From IMG/VR virus record IMGVR_UViG_3300050343_000259: a stretch of 64,000 nucleotides of DNA; one strand, 5' to 3'. The notes under the pieces were generated by a model, which saw only the letters and a list, made by a program, of their open reading frames with translations, searched no databases and was not told the origin of the DNA. A program made the position numbers and the translations under genes. Of the stretch, positions 1 through 12,090 are shown piece by piece. The DNA is from an uncultured virus (IMG/VR IMGVR_UViG_3300050343_000259). Its lineage: Duplodnaviria > Heunggongvirae > Uroviricota > Caudoviricetes. Within the stretch, counting starts at the first letter, position 1, and every line of letters starts with the position of its first letter.

Positions 1-1
1 A

Positions 2-3000
2 AGCACAGGTACACAAGGAACTCAAGGAGCACAAGGTACAAATGGTACTATAGGGTCACAAGGTGCTACAGGAAGTCAAGGAATAAAAGGAGATAGAGGT
101 AGTCAAGGTACTGCCGGAAGTACAGGAACTCAAGGTGCTACAGGTAGCCAAGGTGCTACAGGAACTCAAGGAACAAATGGAACTCAAGGAACTACAGGTG
201 CTCAAGGAACAAAAGGAGATACAGGTAGTCAAGGTACTACGGGTACACAGGGAACAACAGGAACAACCGGTGCTCAGGGTACTCAAGGAATTCAAGGTAG
301 ACAAGGAAACGGAGGTACACAAGGAACAACAGGTTCACAAGGTGCACAAGGAATTCAAGGTAGAGGAGGTCCACAAGGTGCTACAGGAACTCAAGGAACA
401 AATGGTACACAAGGAACAAATGGTACTCAAGGAACTACAGGAGCACAAGGTATTAAAGGTGATACCGGAAGTCAGGGTGCTACAGGTACTCAAGGAACAT
501 CAGGAAGTCAAGGTTCTACAGGTAGTCAAGGTGCTACGGGAGCAACAGGAATTCAAGGAACTAACGGGGCTCAAGGGGCACAAGGTAGAGCAGGAACTAC
601 AGGTAGCCAAGGTGCTACAGGTACTCAAGGAACTACCGGGGCTCAAGGAATAAAAGGTGATACAGGGGCTCAAGGGGCACAAGGAACATCAGGTACTCAA
701 GGTGCCACAGGTGCTCAAGGTATAAAAGGAGATACAGGTTCACAAGGTGCCACAGGAACTCAGGGTAGTAGAGGTGCACAAGGAACAACAGGTGCACAAG
801 GTACCACAGGAACACAAGGAACAACAGGAACTCAAGGTGCCACAGGAACTCAAGGTACAACAGGGGCTCAAGGAACTACAGGGGCTCAAGGTAGAGATGG
901 AACTAATGGTACTCAGGGTGCAACAGGAACACAAGGGGCTCAAGGAAGAATAGGAAGTCAAGGTGCAACAGGTTCACAGGGTACACAAGGTATAAAAGGA
1001 GATACAGGTTCACAAGGTGCAACCGGTTCACAGGGTGCTCAAGGAATTATAGGAAATCAAGGAATTACCGGAGGAACGGGAAGTCAAGGAACATCAGGTA
1101 CTCAAGGTGCAACGGGAAGTCAAGGTGCTCAAGGTATAAAAGGAAATCAAGGACTTACCGGTGGAACAGGTAGTCAAGGAACTACGGGTGCTCAAGGTGC
1201 TCAAGGAAGAACAGGAACAGGTGGTACACAAGGAACTACAGGTTCTCAAGGTTCACAAGGAATTCAAGGTAGAGGAGGTCCACAAGGTGCGACAGGAACT
1301 CAGGGAACTAATGGTACACAAGGAACAACAGGAACTCAAGGAACTAATGGAACTCAAGGTTCTACGGGTAGCCAAGGGTCAGCAGGTTCTCAAGGAACAA
1401 CAGGAACTCAAGGTGCAACAGGAAGTCAAGGTACTCAAGGAATTCAAGGAAGAGGTGGTTCTCAAGGTGCTACCGGAACGCAGGGTGCTACAGGTAGTCA
1501 AGGTGCCACAGGAACACAAGGTGCTACAGGAAATCAAGGAACTACAGGTACTCAAGGTGCTAGAGGAAGTCAGGGAACAACAGGAACTCAAGGAACAACA
1601 GGAACTCAAGGTGCTACCGGTTCTCAAGGTGCAACAGGTTCACAGGGTGCAACAGGTTCACAGGGTGCAACAGGTGCACAAGGAACTAATGGAACACAAG
1701 GAACAACAGGAACTCAAGGTGCTAGAGGAACTCAAGGTACAACCGGTAGTCAAGGAACGACAGGTTCTCAAGGTGCTACAGGTTCACAAGGAAGAACAGG
1801 TTCACAAGGTGCTACAGGAAGTCAAGGTGCTACAGGAAGTCAAGGTGCTCAAGGAACAAAAGGTGATACGGGTGCACAGGGAACTCAAGGAATTAAAGGA
1901 ACTCAAGGAACGACAGGTTCTCAAGGAACGACAGGTAGCCAAGGTACTCAAGGTCTACAAGGTAGAGCAGGAAATAATGGTGCTCAAGGTGCTACAGGTA
2001 GCCAAGGAACAACAGGAAGCCAAGGAACTACAGGAAGCCAAGGAACTACAGGAAGCCAAGGAACCAAAGGTGCACAAGGTGCTACAGGTTCGCAAGGTGC
2101 GACAGGAACTCAAGGAACTACAGGTTCTCAAGGTGCAACGGGAAGTCAAGGTACTACAGGTGCTCAAGGTATAAAAGGAGATACAGGTAGTCAAGGAACA
2201 ACAGGAACTCAGGGTGCGACAGGAACACAAGGCAGAACAGGTTCTCAAGGTGCGACAGGAACACAAGGTGCTACAGGTTCTCAAGGAACAACAGGAACAA
2301 CCGGTGCTCAGGGTACACAAGGTATTCAAGGTAGAATAGGAACTACAGGTTCTCAAGGAGCAACGGGAAGTCAAGGTACTCAAGGAATTCAAGGTAGAGG
2401 AGGTCCACAAGGTGCTACAGGTACACAAGGAACTACAGGTTCGCAAGGTACTACCGGAGCAACAGGAAGTCAAGGAGCCCAAGGAACAAAAGGAACGCAA
2501 GGTGCCACAGGTTCTCAAGGAATAAAAGGTGATACAGGAAGCCAAGGTACTCAAGGGCTTCAAGGTAGAGCAGGAAATACAGGTTCTCAGGGTGCAACAG
2601 GTTCTCAGGGAACAACAGGAACTCAAGGTGCTACCGGAAGTCAAGGTGCTACCGGAAGTCAAGGAACTACGGGAACACAAGGAACTACGGGAACTCAAGG
2701 AGCAACAGGAACACAAGGTGCCACAGGTAGCCAAGGTAGAACAGGTGCTCAAGGAACTACGGGAACACAAGGAACAACAGGAACTCAAGGTGCCACCGGA
2801 ACTCAGGGAACAACAGGAACTCAAGGTGCCACAGGTAGCCAAGGTGCTACAGGTGCTCAAGGGCAAAAAGGTGCACAAGGTGCTACAGGTTCGCAAGGAA
2901 CTACAGGAACTCAAGGTGCAACAGGTAGTCAAGGTATAAAGGGTGCTCAAGGTGCCACAGGTGCTACCGGAAGTCAAGGAACTACGGGAACTCAAGGTGC

Positions 3001-6000
3001 TACCGGAAGTCAAGGAACTACGGGAACTCAAGGAGCAACAGGTTCTCAAGGTACTACAGGTAGTCAAGGTAGAACAGGTGCTCAAGGAACAACAGGAACT
3101 CAAGGAACTACCGGAACACAGGGTATAAAAGGTGACACAGGTTCACAAGGTACGCAAGGATTACAAGGAAGAGCAGGAAATACAGGTTCGCAAGGTGCCA
3201 CAGGAACACAAGGAACTACCGGAACTCAAGGAGCAACGGGTGCTCAAGGAACTACGGGTGCTCAGGGTGTAAAAGGTAATCAAGGTACTACAGGAGCAAC
3301 CGGTTCGCAAGGTGCTACAGGTGCTCAAGGAAGAACAGGTACAGGTGGTACACAAGGAACAACAGGTTCTCAGGGTGCAACAGGAAGCCAAGGTATAAAA
3401 GGTGCACAAGGAACAACCGGAACTCAAGGAACTACAGGTAGTCAAGGAACTCAAGGTATTCAAGGTATAAAAGGTAATATTGGTGGAACAGGTTCTCAAG
3501 GTGCTACAGGTGCTCAAGGTACTACAGGTTCACAAGGTACTAGAGGAACACAAGGAACAACCGGAACTCAAGGAACAACAGGAGCAACAGGAAGTCAAGG
3601 GGCACAAGGAACTAAAGGAACTCAAGGTGCTACCGGTTCTCAAGGAACAAAAGGCGATACAGGTTCTCAGGGAACTCAAGGGCTTCAAGGTAGAGCAGGA
3701 AATACAGGTTCAACAGGTTCACAGGGAGCCACAGGTTCACAGGGAACAACAGGTAGTCAAGGTACCACAGGTTCACAAGGGGCTACAGGTGCTCAAGGGC
3801 AAAGAGGTGTAACAGGTTTAACAGGTAGCCAAGGTGCTACGGGTGCTCAGGGTACAACAGGTAGCCAAGGTACGACAGGTTCGCAAGGAACAAAAGGCGA
3901 TACAGGTAATACAGGGTCGCAAGGTGCTACAGGTGCTCAAGGAAGAACAGGTACAGGTGGTACACAAGGAACAACAGGTTCTCAGGGTGCAACAGGAAGT
4001 CAAGGTATAAAAGGTGCACAAGGAACAACCGGAACTACAGGTTCAACAGGTTCACAAGGTGCTACAGGTTCGCAAGGAACAAAAGGTGCTCAAGGTACGA
4101 CAGGAACTACAGGCTCTACAGGTTCTCAAGGTGCAACGGGTGCTCAAGGACAGAGAGGTGTAACAGGATTAACAGGTAGCCAAGGTGCCACAGGTAGCCA
4201 AGGTGCCACAGGTGCTCAGGGTACAACCGGAACTACAGGTTCAACAGGAAGCCAAGGAGCAACAGGTGCACAAGGACAAAGAGGTGTAACAGGTTTAACG
4301 GGTAGCCAAGGTGCCACAGGTTCTCAGGGAACAACCGGAACTACAGGGGCAACAGGTAGTCAAGGGGCTACAGGTGCTCAAGGAAGAACAGGAACAACCG
4401 GTTAAACAGGTAGCCAAGGTGCAACAGGTTCTCAAGGTACGACAGGAACTACAGGTTCTACAGGTTCGCAAGGGACAACAGGTGCAACAGGTAGCCAAGG
4501 TGCTACGGGTGCTCAAGGGCAAAGAGGTACTACCGGTTTAACAGGTTCTCAAGGAGCAACAGGTTCACAAGGAAGAACAGGAACTACAGGTTCAACAGGT
4601 TCGCAAGGAACTCAGGGACTTCAAGGATTAAAAGGTACGACAGGTAATACAGGTTCGCAAGGTGCTACGGGTGCACAAGGACAGAGAGGTGTAACAGGAT
4701 TAACAGGTTCGCAAGGTGCCACAGGTGCTCAGGGTACGACAGGTACAACCGGTAATACAGGTAGCCAAGGAGCAACAGGTTCTCAAGGAAGAACAGGAAC
4801 AACAGGTAATACAGGTAGTCAAGGTACGACAGGTGCAACAGGTAGCCAAGGAGCAACAGGTGCTCAAGGACAGAGAGGTACTACCGGTTTAACAGGGTCG
4901 CAAGGTGCTACAGGTTCGCAAGGAAGAACAGGAACTACAGGTTCTACAGGAAGCCAAGGAGCAACAGGTGCAACGGGTTCAACAGGTTCGCAAGGTACTC
5001 AAGGATTAAAAGGAACTACAGGTTCCACAGGTTCTCAGGGTGCTACAGGAACAACAGGTTCAACAGGAAGCCAAGGTGCTACAGGTGCACAAGGAAGAAC
5101 AGGAACAACCGGTTCAACAGGTTCGCAGGGTACTCAAGGATTAAAAGGAAATACAGGAAATACAGGTAGCCAAGGTACAACCGGTACTACGGGTGGAACA
5201 GGTTCTCAAGGTGCTACAGGTGCACAAGGACAAAGAGGTACTACCGGTTTAACAGGTTCTCAAGGTACAACAGGTGCTACAGGTGGAACAGGTTCGACAG
5301 GTAGCCAAGGTACTACGGGAGCCACAGGTGCACAAGGAAGAACAGGAACAACCGGTTCAACCGGTTCAACAGGTTCGCAGGGTACTCAAGGACTAAAAGG
5401 AAATACAGGAAATACAGGTAGCCAAGGTACAACCGGTGCTACGGGTGGAACAGGTTCTACAGGTTCGCAAGGTGCGACAGGTGCTCAGGGACAAAGAGGT
5501 ACTACCGGTTTAACAGGGTCGCAAGGAGCAACAGGGTCGCAAGGAAGAACAGGAACAACCGGTTCAACAGGTAGCCAAGGAGCAACAGGTGCTACGGGTG
5601 GAACAGGTGGAACAGGTTCGCAAGGTACTCAAGGATTAAAAGGTAATACGGGTAATACAGGTTCAACAGGTTCTCAAGGAGCAACAGGTGCTACGGGTGG
5701 AACAGGTGGAACAGGTTCTCAAGGTGCTACAGGTTCGCAAGGAAGAACAGGAACAACCGGTTCAACAGGTTCGCAAGGAACTACAGGTGCTACGGGTGGA
5801 ACAGGTGGAACAGGTTCTCAAGGTGCTACAGGTGCACAAGGACAAAGAGGTGTAACAGGATTAACAGGTTCGCAAGGAACTACAGGTACAACGGGGTCTA
5901 CAGGTTCAACAGGAAGCCAAGGTACTACGGGTGCTACGGGTGGAACCGGTTCGCAAGGTGCACAAGGTAGGACAGGAACTACAGGTTCAACAGGAAGCCA

Positions 6001-6436
6001 AGGTGCTCAAGGATTAAAAGGTAATACGGGTGGAACAGGTTCTCAAGGAACTACAGGTGCAACGGGGTCTACAGGTTCAACAGGTTCTCAAGGAACTCAG
6101 GGACTTCAAGGAAGAACAGGTACAACCGGTAATACAGGTAGCCAAGGTGCAACAGGTTCTCAAGGTAGGACAGGTACGACAGGTACTCAGGGTAGGACAG
6201 GTTCAACAGGTTCAACGGGTTCTCAAGGTTCTACAGGAACAACCGGAACACAAGGTTCTACAGGAGCAACAGGAGGTTCGCCTGTTTTTAGTAGTGCTCT
6301 TTCTACCTCACTCCAAAGAAATGGATTTAATACAAGTACACCTTCTGCTACAGGTCTTGCTCCGGCAGGTTGGATAATAGTTACTGCTAGTAATGGTACA
6401 AGTTATTACTTACCTGCTTGGATATATGATAAATAA
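2..6436 (+). CDS. Giant collagen-like (Gly-X-Y)n fibre protein, 5'-truncated by the window, with one in-frame TAA at 4403-4405
   Basis: Frame +2 reads [24 protein letters not shown]...; Gly register holds at every position I sampled from 8 to 6280; ends in the non-repeat tail ...[25 protein letters not shown] (TAA 6434-6436). Absent from the ORF track, apparently because no start codon lies in this frame. Confidence 0.93.
8..6280 (+). repeat. 9-bp periodic GGN-NNN-NNN coding repeat (about 697 units)
   Basis: Units such as ggtgctaca, ggttctcaa, ggaactcaa, ggaagaaca recur throughout; longer blocks are duplicated locally. Confidence 0.95.
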
Positions 6437-6441
6437 AGATT

Positions 6442-7194
6442 ATGAATAATAAGAAACTAAATATAGCTTTAACAGTAGTTAGTGTGCTTTTCATAGGGGT
6501 TAGTGGAACCTTATTAATCAAATACATCAGAAATAGAAGAAAAAATAATTTTAAAGATGTAAATGGTAAAACTACTAAAGATAACTTTTGGCAAAAATTG
6601 CTTTATGGTGTAATATCTGTAGAATATGGTTTTAATACTCCTTGCGATAATATTTGGAGTAAAGGGTGCAGAGGTAAAAGATATACTGATGTATTACATT
6701 TAGATAGTGGTACAATAGGTATAGCCCATTTTGCAGCAGGTGGTTTAGGTAAAGTATATAAAAATATGGACACCGAAAAATATTTTGGTCGTTCAGAAAA
6801 AGATATGGTTAACAACTATGCTGATAGAAAAAGTGGTGCTTCTGATAATCAATGGTGGATTGATGGATTTAGAAAATGGGTTAATGACCGCAGAAACGAT
6901 AAGGTACAAGATAAAATTTTCAGAGAAGCAAGACAGAAATCTATAAATTATGCTAAAGAAGAAGGCGGTTGGAATACTGATAGAGAATTTGCTATAGCAG
7001 CAGGAATAGGAAACTCTTATGGTGATTCAGGATTTAGAAAATATGCTAGACAATACAATTGGGATGCAGACAAACTGCTAGAAGCATATAAGTATAAATT
7101 TGGTCAAAATGAATTTAGTAATCATAAAAACAAAAGAGTCATCCAAATAAATAAATGGTTTCCTAAATCTAAAGAAAGAAAAATAAATCTATAA
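6442..7194 (+). CDS. N-terminally membrane-anchored protein, possible lysozyme-like cell-wall hydrolase
   Basis: TM helix LNIALTVVSVLFIGVSGTLLI; the E...DSGTIGIAHFAAGGL segment resembles phage muramidases (weak). Confidence 0.4.
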   Translation: MNNKKLNIALTVVSVLFIGVSGTLLIKYIRNRRKNNFKDVNGKTTKDNFWQKLLYGVISVEYGFNTPCDNIWSKGCRGKRYTDVLHLDSGTIGIAHFAAGGLGKVYKNMDTEKYFGRSEKDMVNNYADRKSGASDNQWWIDGFRKWVNDRRNDKVQDKIFREARQKSINYAKEEGGWNTDREFAIAAGIGNSYGDSGFRKYARQYNWDADKLLEAYKYKFGQNEFSNHKNKRVIQINKWFPKSKERKINL

Positions 7195-9490
7195 TTACTT
7201 CTTATCCGACCCAAACATTGCCTTATCTAATTGTTCTTGTGTAATTGTAGCTACTACTTTCATAGAATTTTCATTTAGCATATAACTAGATGCCTTTTTA
7301 GTATCTTCAGAAGTATCTAGCATTTTTTCCATAATTTTAGGATTTATATACTTCGGATGAACATACCAATCTTCATAACAAGCAGTATCATTTGGTGCTA
7401 TATTTCTTACAACTAATTCATATCCTTTAGAATTAAGGAATAATCTTGATAACTCTCTGTATTTACTTTTTGGGTCTGCATAATGGTCGTGCTCATATGT
7501 AATTACTTTAAAATCACACTTATCAAAAGGTATAGAAGTTAAAATATCAAAAGTTACAGAAGCAGGGTCACAATCTATTTGTAAATAATCAATTACACCG
7601 ATTAGGTTGGAATAATCATATTTTCTTGCATCACAAAGTTCAACTTTATTTTTCCTCTCTTCTCTAAATTTATTTACAAAAACTTCATCTATATCTATTG
7701 ATACTCCTGTCCAACCTAATTCTTCTAATAAAGCAGTATTATTTCCGTAGAATGGGTCAGCAGAGCCTATTTCAAGATATTCTCCATTAGTCTTTCCATC
7801 CAACATTGATAATACAAACATATCCTGATAACATTGAGAATAATTTTTATCTATTTTTTTATAATTTTTGAATTTATATCTTAAACTATCTGCCATAGAT
7901 TTATCATAAGGGAGGCACGGATGACTTACTTCCCCTAAATCTGTAATATTTTTTAATATTAAATCCTTATAGAATTGTGTTAAAGGATAGTCTGATGAAT
8001 AGAGTTTACTAAACTTTTTTCTAGCATCATTTCCTTGTCCTAAATTCCAATCACATATAGCATCTTGAAACTCTAATTCATAAAAATGATGATATAAAAG
8101 AGCATTACTTATTGGTTCGCTATTATTTTTAAATTCAAGACCCAACCTAGCAAAGGTTTGAGATTGAGAAAAATTATTTCTATGTTCAAAATACTGTGAA
8201 ACAAATAGATATGCTTCCGGTCTTGTTGGTTTATATCTAATAGCATTATGCCACAATTCTATTTCTGTATCATCTCTCCTACCCAATAGACTAATACATT
8301 TAGCTACAAATAATAATGATTCATAAACTAAATTTTCAGGTGTTTCTTCTATTTCAGCAGTTCTCAAAAAGAAAGATAAAGCTGATGAATATTGACCACT
8401 TGTAAAATAATACAACCCTAATTCGTAATTTGTATTATATATATTTGGAGAATTAATAAAACTATTAATTAATCCGTTTGTACCTTCTACATCTATTTTT
8501 TTAAGTTTTGTATTCGGCTTCCTTAATCCTACCATTTCCTCAAACATATCACAAGGAAGTTTTAATAAGAATGCGGTTGTATCTTGATAGCCAAATGGTA
8601 AATAAAAGTTATCTCCTTCTAAATGCAAACCACAGGTAAACTCTATCTGAGCATCCATAAATTTAAATTCTTCTGAATGATGTACTATTTTCCAATCTTT
8701 ATCCCAAACAATAAACCTATGATAGTATTCACAATCTTTATTATTCTGCTCGTTAAACCATAAATCAACTTCGTGAGTAACACATACCCAATAGTCTTTA
8801 TATTTTATTACTTGTGAACCTCCTCTTAAATCTCTTGGAAACTCAACATCTTGCTCAATCGTTTTTATTGTTTTAGATTTTGTTTTGGTATTATTTACCT
8901 TGACAATTTCTGTAGGAGATGTCCATTTAACATAGTGATTTGGCATATCTAAAATTGGCATCCAATTCTTTTCACAGTATGTTTCCCTTGGTGCTTCTAT
9001 TCTATTTCTTGAAATCTCTTTATTGTTTTTTACTTCTGAGATTTCCATTCTTCCCTGCCCGTTTGTAGTGGTATCTCTTCTAACTCCTGTTAGCAAAACT
9101 TTTCCTCCCCAATTTACTAATCTAGCATCTTCTAATCCTACAAAATCCCAAAGTGGCTTTACATCTAATTTGGAAGTATCTACTAGATTATGTTTTTTTA
9201 ACTCTAAAGTTTTAGGGTCTAACTCACATAAAAAATTTCTAGTAGTAAGTGTTATATCATCTTCAGGATTTAAATATACTAATGGGTCCGTAAGGACTTT
9301 GATGTTTTTGTTTGAATTCTGAGTGGTATAAAGAATAACCTACCCACCTCATCACAACATATATTTTGTTTTTGATTTTAAGAATTGAAGGGTTCATCAA
9401 TCCTAATCCTTCAGTTTTTTCAGTTGGTATAATTAATGGAGTAACGGAACCTCCTTTTTGAAGGGCTAATTTGCAAATATTTTTATTCAT
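7195..9490 (-). CDS. Glycosidase-like beta-propeller (GH130-like) + TPR + FkbM-type methyltransferase fusion; one +1 frameshift at about 9285
   Basis: Removing one base from GGG 9284-9286 joins ORF 9263-9490 to ORF 7195-9096 (GPLVYLNPEDDITLTTRNFLC...GLEDARLV); TPR-like helices; C-terminal YSQCYQDMFVL...YLEIGS...IDYLQIDCD. Confidence 0.75.
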
Positions 9491-9521
9491 CGGGTGTGTT
9501 TTGAGTTAATATTATTAATAA

Positions 9522-9529
9522 CAAAAATA
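9522..9529 (-). promoter_or_regulatory. Bacteroidota-type -7 promoter element TAnnTTTG
   Basis: TATTTTTG on - strand in the gap upstream of ATG 9490. Confidence 0.5.
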
Positions 9530-9751
9530 TCAATTATAAACAAATAATAAGCTAATAATCAATATATTTAGTTTTTCTATAGCTAAAATATGATAGTATG
9601 CAGCCTCTAATCTGATAGAAAAATCTGCATATTTATAATTATTTTTCTTTCCTAAATCATTAGCTAACTTTATTACTTTAGATTTTATTCTTTTATCTAA
9701 AGATGATTTTAGTATTGCTGACTCTTTAGTCATTGACCTCTCTATTACCAT
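9530..9751 (-). CDS. hypothetical protein
   Basis: ORF co-oriented with neighbours; boundaries uncertain. Confidence 0.45.
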   Translation of the reverse strand: MVIERSMTKESAILKSSLDKRIKSKVIKLANDLGKKNNYKYADFSIRLEAAYYHILAIEKLNILIISLLFVYN

Positions 9752-10439
9752 TATAAAAATTATACAATGTCAATAAAGCTAAAGCCGTATGATGTACCTG
9801 TAATAGTAAAAGTTGTTGAGGGGATAATTCTTTTGGATTATCGAATCCTGTAAAAACACCATTTGAATCTTGGTCTGATTCTAGTTTCATTATCCATTTT
9901 TCTTTAATAGCAAAAGAATCTATTTTTGATAAAAAATATAATGCTTCTGTAGATACATCTGTACTATCAGGAATTCTTATGTATAAATTTTGTAAAGACC
10001 AAATCATAAAGTCTTTATAAGTTCTTATTAGGTGATTATCCTTAACAATTGTAAATAATGCCCAAATTAAATGAGTTAATTCATATCCCTCATTTATTTG
10101 TTGCTCTATTGTTAGGGATTTGCTAGATGAAATAATTTTATTGTAGTAAGTTATTTGTTTAATATAATCTTCTAAATCAATATTTTTTTTCAATAAAACA
10201 TCTGCTACATATTTTCTTCCGGATAATCTTTCTACATCTTTAATTGGATAAGACACCAACATTGCATCTCTTAAATCATCTACATTTTCTGTGGGAAGCC
10301 CTAAATTAATTTTGTAATTATCTTGAACCATAAGAATTAATCCTCTTGCTCCTGCATCATCGTGAGTAGTCTTTTGAGAGGTATCAATTTCTTGACTTAC
10401 ATATCTCTTTAAAAAGTTTAAGGATTTGTCATAATTCAT
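9726..10439 (-). CDS. hypothetical alpha-helical protein (possible alpha/alpha-toroid)
   Basis: 237-aa ORF with its own promoter; YELTH...QDSNGVF...HHTALALL motifs. Confidence 0.6.
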   Translation of the reverse strand: MNYDKSLNFLKRYVSQEIDTSQKTTHDDAGARGLILMVQDNYKINLGLPTENVDDLRDAMLVSYPIKDVERLSGRKYVADVLLKKNIDLEDYIKQITYYNKIISSSKSLTIEQQINEGYELTHLIWALFTIVKDNHLIRTYKDFMIWSLQNLYIRIPDSTDVSTEALYFLSKIDSFAIKEKWIMKLESDQDSNGVFTGFDNPKELSPQQLLLLQVHHTALALLTLYNFYNGNREVND

Positions 10440-10444
10440 AGTAA

Positions 10445-10452
10445 CAAAGATA
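10445..10452 (-). promoter_or_regulatory. TAnnTTTG promoter element
   Basis: TATCTTTG 5 nt upstream of ATG 10439 (near-leaderless). Confidence 0.55.
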
Positions 10453-10487
10453 GAAAACTCATTATAATAAATTTGTTTTATTCTTAA

Positions 10488-10712
10488 TTATTTATTATAT
10501 GCTGCATACCATTCATCAAAGTTCATTGGTCTGTCCATAAGTTCGTGCCTAACATCTCTACAATAGTCACTATATTCAGTAGCAACAGTTTTTAATTCCT
10601 CGTATCTTATTGATTTCAAATGTTCTAGGTACTTTAAGTCCTGTCTGAGTTTTTTTATTTCACTATCTTTTGTTTTTAGCAACATATTTTTAATGTCCTC
10701 TTTTTTTTCCAT
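10488..10712 (-). CDS. hypothetical protein (C-terminal MNFDEW motif)
   Basis: ORF; shares NFDEW with adjacent gene. Confidence 0.65.
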   Translation of the reverse strand: MEKKEDIKNMLLKTKDSEIKKLRQDLKYLEHLKSIRYEELKTVATEYSDYCRDVRHELMDRPMNFDEWYAAYNK

Positions 10713-10717
10713 TTTTT

Positions 10718-10927
10718 TTATATATTAAATCGTGAAACATACCTGTCAAACCATTCATCAAAATTTAATTTATTGTCCTTATCTAATCTATTATTTGTAC
10801 GGTATCTATAATAATCTATTGATGTATTTTTAATAAGAGTATAACCTATGACTTGAAATTTATCTTTAAACTCTTCAAAAAAAATATTTGCCTCTTCTAA
10901 ACTTTGTGAAGATTTATTTTTTTCCAT
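10718..10927 (-). CDS. hypothetical protein (C-terminal LNFDEW motif)
   Basis: ORF overlapping recT stop. Confidence 0.65.
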   Translation of the reverse strand: MEKNKSSQSLEEANIFFEEFKDKFQVIGYTLIKNTSIDYYRYRTNNRLDKDNKLNFDEWFDRYVSRFNI

Positions 10928-11957
10928 TTTTCTTTAATTTTTCAATAGACTTCATATTATCTACTATTTTCTTCATCTGCTTATCAGTATATTTTTTAGT
11001 AGTTTTTGTTTCTTTTATTTCTGCCAAATGAATATTAGCTGATTTAACTTTAGGGTCTAATCCCGGAAGTATAGGCTCAAACTCTACTTTTATTTGTTTT
11101 AAGTCATCCATTGTTTCTTCAAATCCCGGAATATCCCCTTCCCAATCAGTATGCTCTGCCTGTTCTTCAATAGTGGCTCCTTCATCTTCTTTCATAGCTT
11201 TTTCAAAAAGACTTGCAGTAGTTTTAGGTTTTGTTTCTATAACTATAGGCTGATTATTATCATCTAACCTCATAGCCCCTCCTCCTTCTACTACATTATC
11301 ATAAGCTATAACTTTAGCCATATTTAAGTTCTTAGGTAGTAGTTTGCATAATTGTTTAAAGCAGGTTTTCTTTAGCATCCAATTCTCAGGGTCTTTGGGT
11401 GAAAACCATATAGAACCATTACCTGCCTTTGAAAGTGCTTGTATGGCTCTTAAATCATCCATATTCATAACTTTAAAGATAGGCTCTTGGTTGGAAAATC
11501 TTACTACACAATATACTGCGATTAATGCCCCTCTCTTTACTGAAGTAGGTTTATGAGATAAAGTAGGAGTTAATCCTAGTTCATATTCAAACTCATCGTT
11601 CTCATAAACACATTCACTTGTTATATTTTGAACATTAGGATTTCGATATAATAATTTACTTAATCCTTGATAACCTATTTGAAATTGACATTCATTTCCA
11701 TAAGGTATTAACCAACATTCTCCCATTTGAGCAGTTGGAGATAATCCAAATTCCGCACAAGTTAAAATTGAAGAAAATACAGATGCCGGATTTTTAGTAA
11801 ATACTTGAAGTAATCTTGAATTTCTTTTTATTTGATTAACCGCCATATGCATAAACTGCTGAGGGTTAATTTCTTGTTCTTCTAAAAGGTCCTTTATAGT
11901 TTGTAGATAATACTTACTAAGTTGACTTTCAAATTTTAATGCTATTTCTTTTGACAT
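10914..11957 (-). CDS. recT: RecT-family ssDNA annealing protein
   Basis: SVFSSILTCAEFGLSP...GECWLIPYGNECQFQIGYQGL...VYENDEF...MLKKT motifs. Confidence 0.93.
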   Translation of the reverse strand: MSKEIALKFESQLSKYYLQTIKDLLEEQEINPQQFMHMAVNQIKRNSRLLQVFTKNPASVFSSILTCAEFGLSPTAQMGECWLIPYGNECQFQIGYQGLSKLLYRNPNVQNITSECVYENDEFEYELGLTPTLSHKPTSVKRGALIAVYCVVRFSNQEPIFKVMNMDDLRAIQALSKAGNGSIWFSPKDPENWMLKKTCFKQLCKLLPKNLNMAKVIAYDNVVEGGGAMRLDDNNQPIVIETKPKTTASLFEKAMKEDEGATIEEQAEHTDWEGDIPGFEETMDDLKQIKVEFEPILPGLDPKVKSANIHLAEIKETKTTKKYTDKQMKKIVDNMKSIEKLKKNGKK

Positions 11958-11976
11958 AGTGTGTGTGTGTTTTTAA

Positions 11977-12087
11977 AATAGATGATACGGTAAAGTTCCT
12001 GCTCGGCAACGGTCAAGTATGCTCCACAGGTTCAACGGACTTTTTTGATGGAGGACTGCTCGTAACTTACCCCTGCACTCATCTATT
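11977..12087 (-). ncRNA. Candidate structured RNA / leader upstream of recT
   Basis: GC-rich intergenic island closed by the inverted repeat AATAGATGA/TCATCTATT, with inner GGTAAG/CTTTACC and CTCCA/TGGAG pairs. Confidence 0.4.
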
Positions 12088-12090
12088 ATA

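Noticed and set aside
4403..4405. Stop-codon reassignment (alternative genetic code)
   Set aside because: TAA is the dominant true stop across the window and genes are intact under code 11
8..6280. CRISPR array or satellite DNA
   Set aside because: Variation is codon-structured, with no constant repeat and unique spacer alternation
56..6377. ORF-track proteins rich in VLKELQ (+) or CSTL (-)
   Set aside because: Alternative-frame shadows of the Gly-X-Y repeat; the real frame is +2
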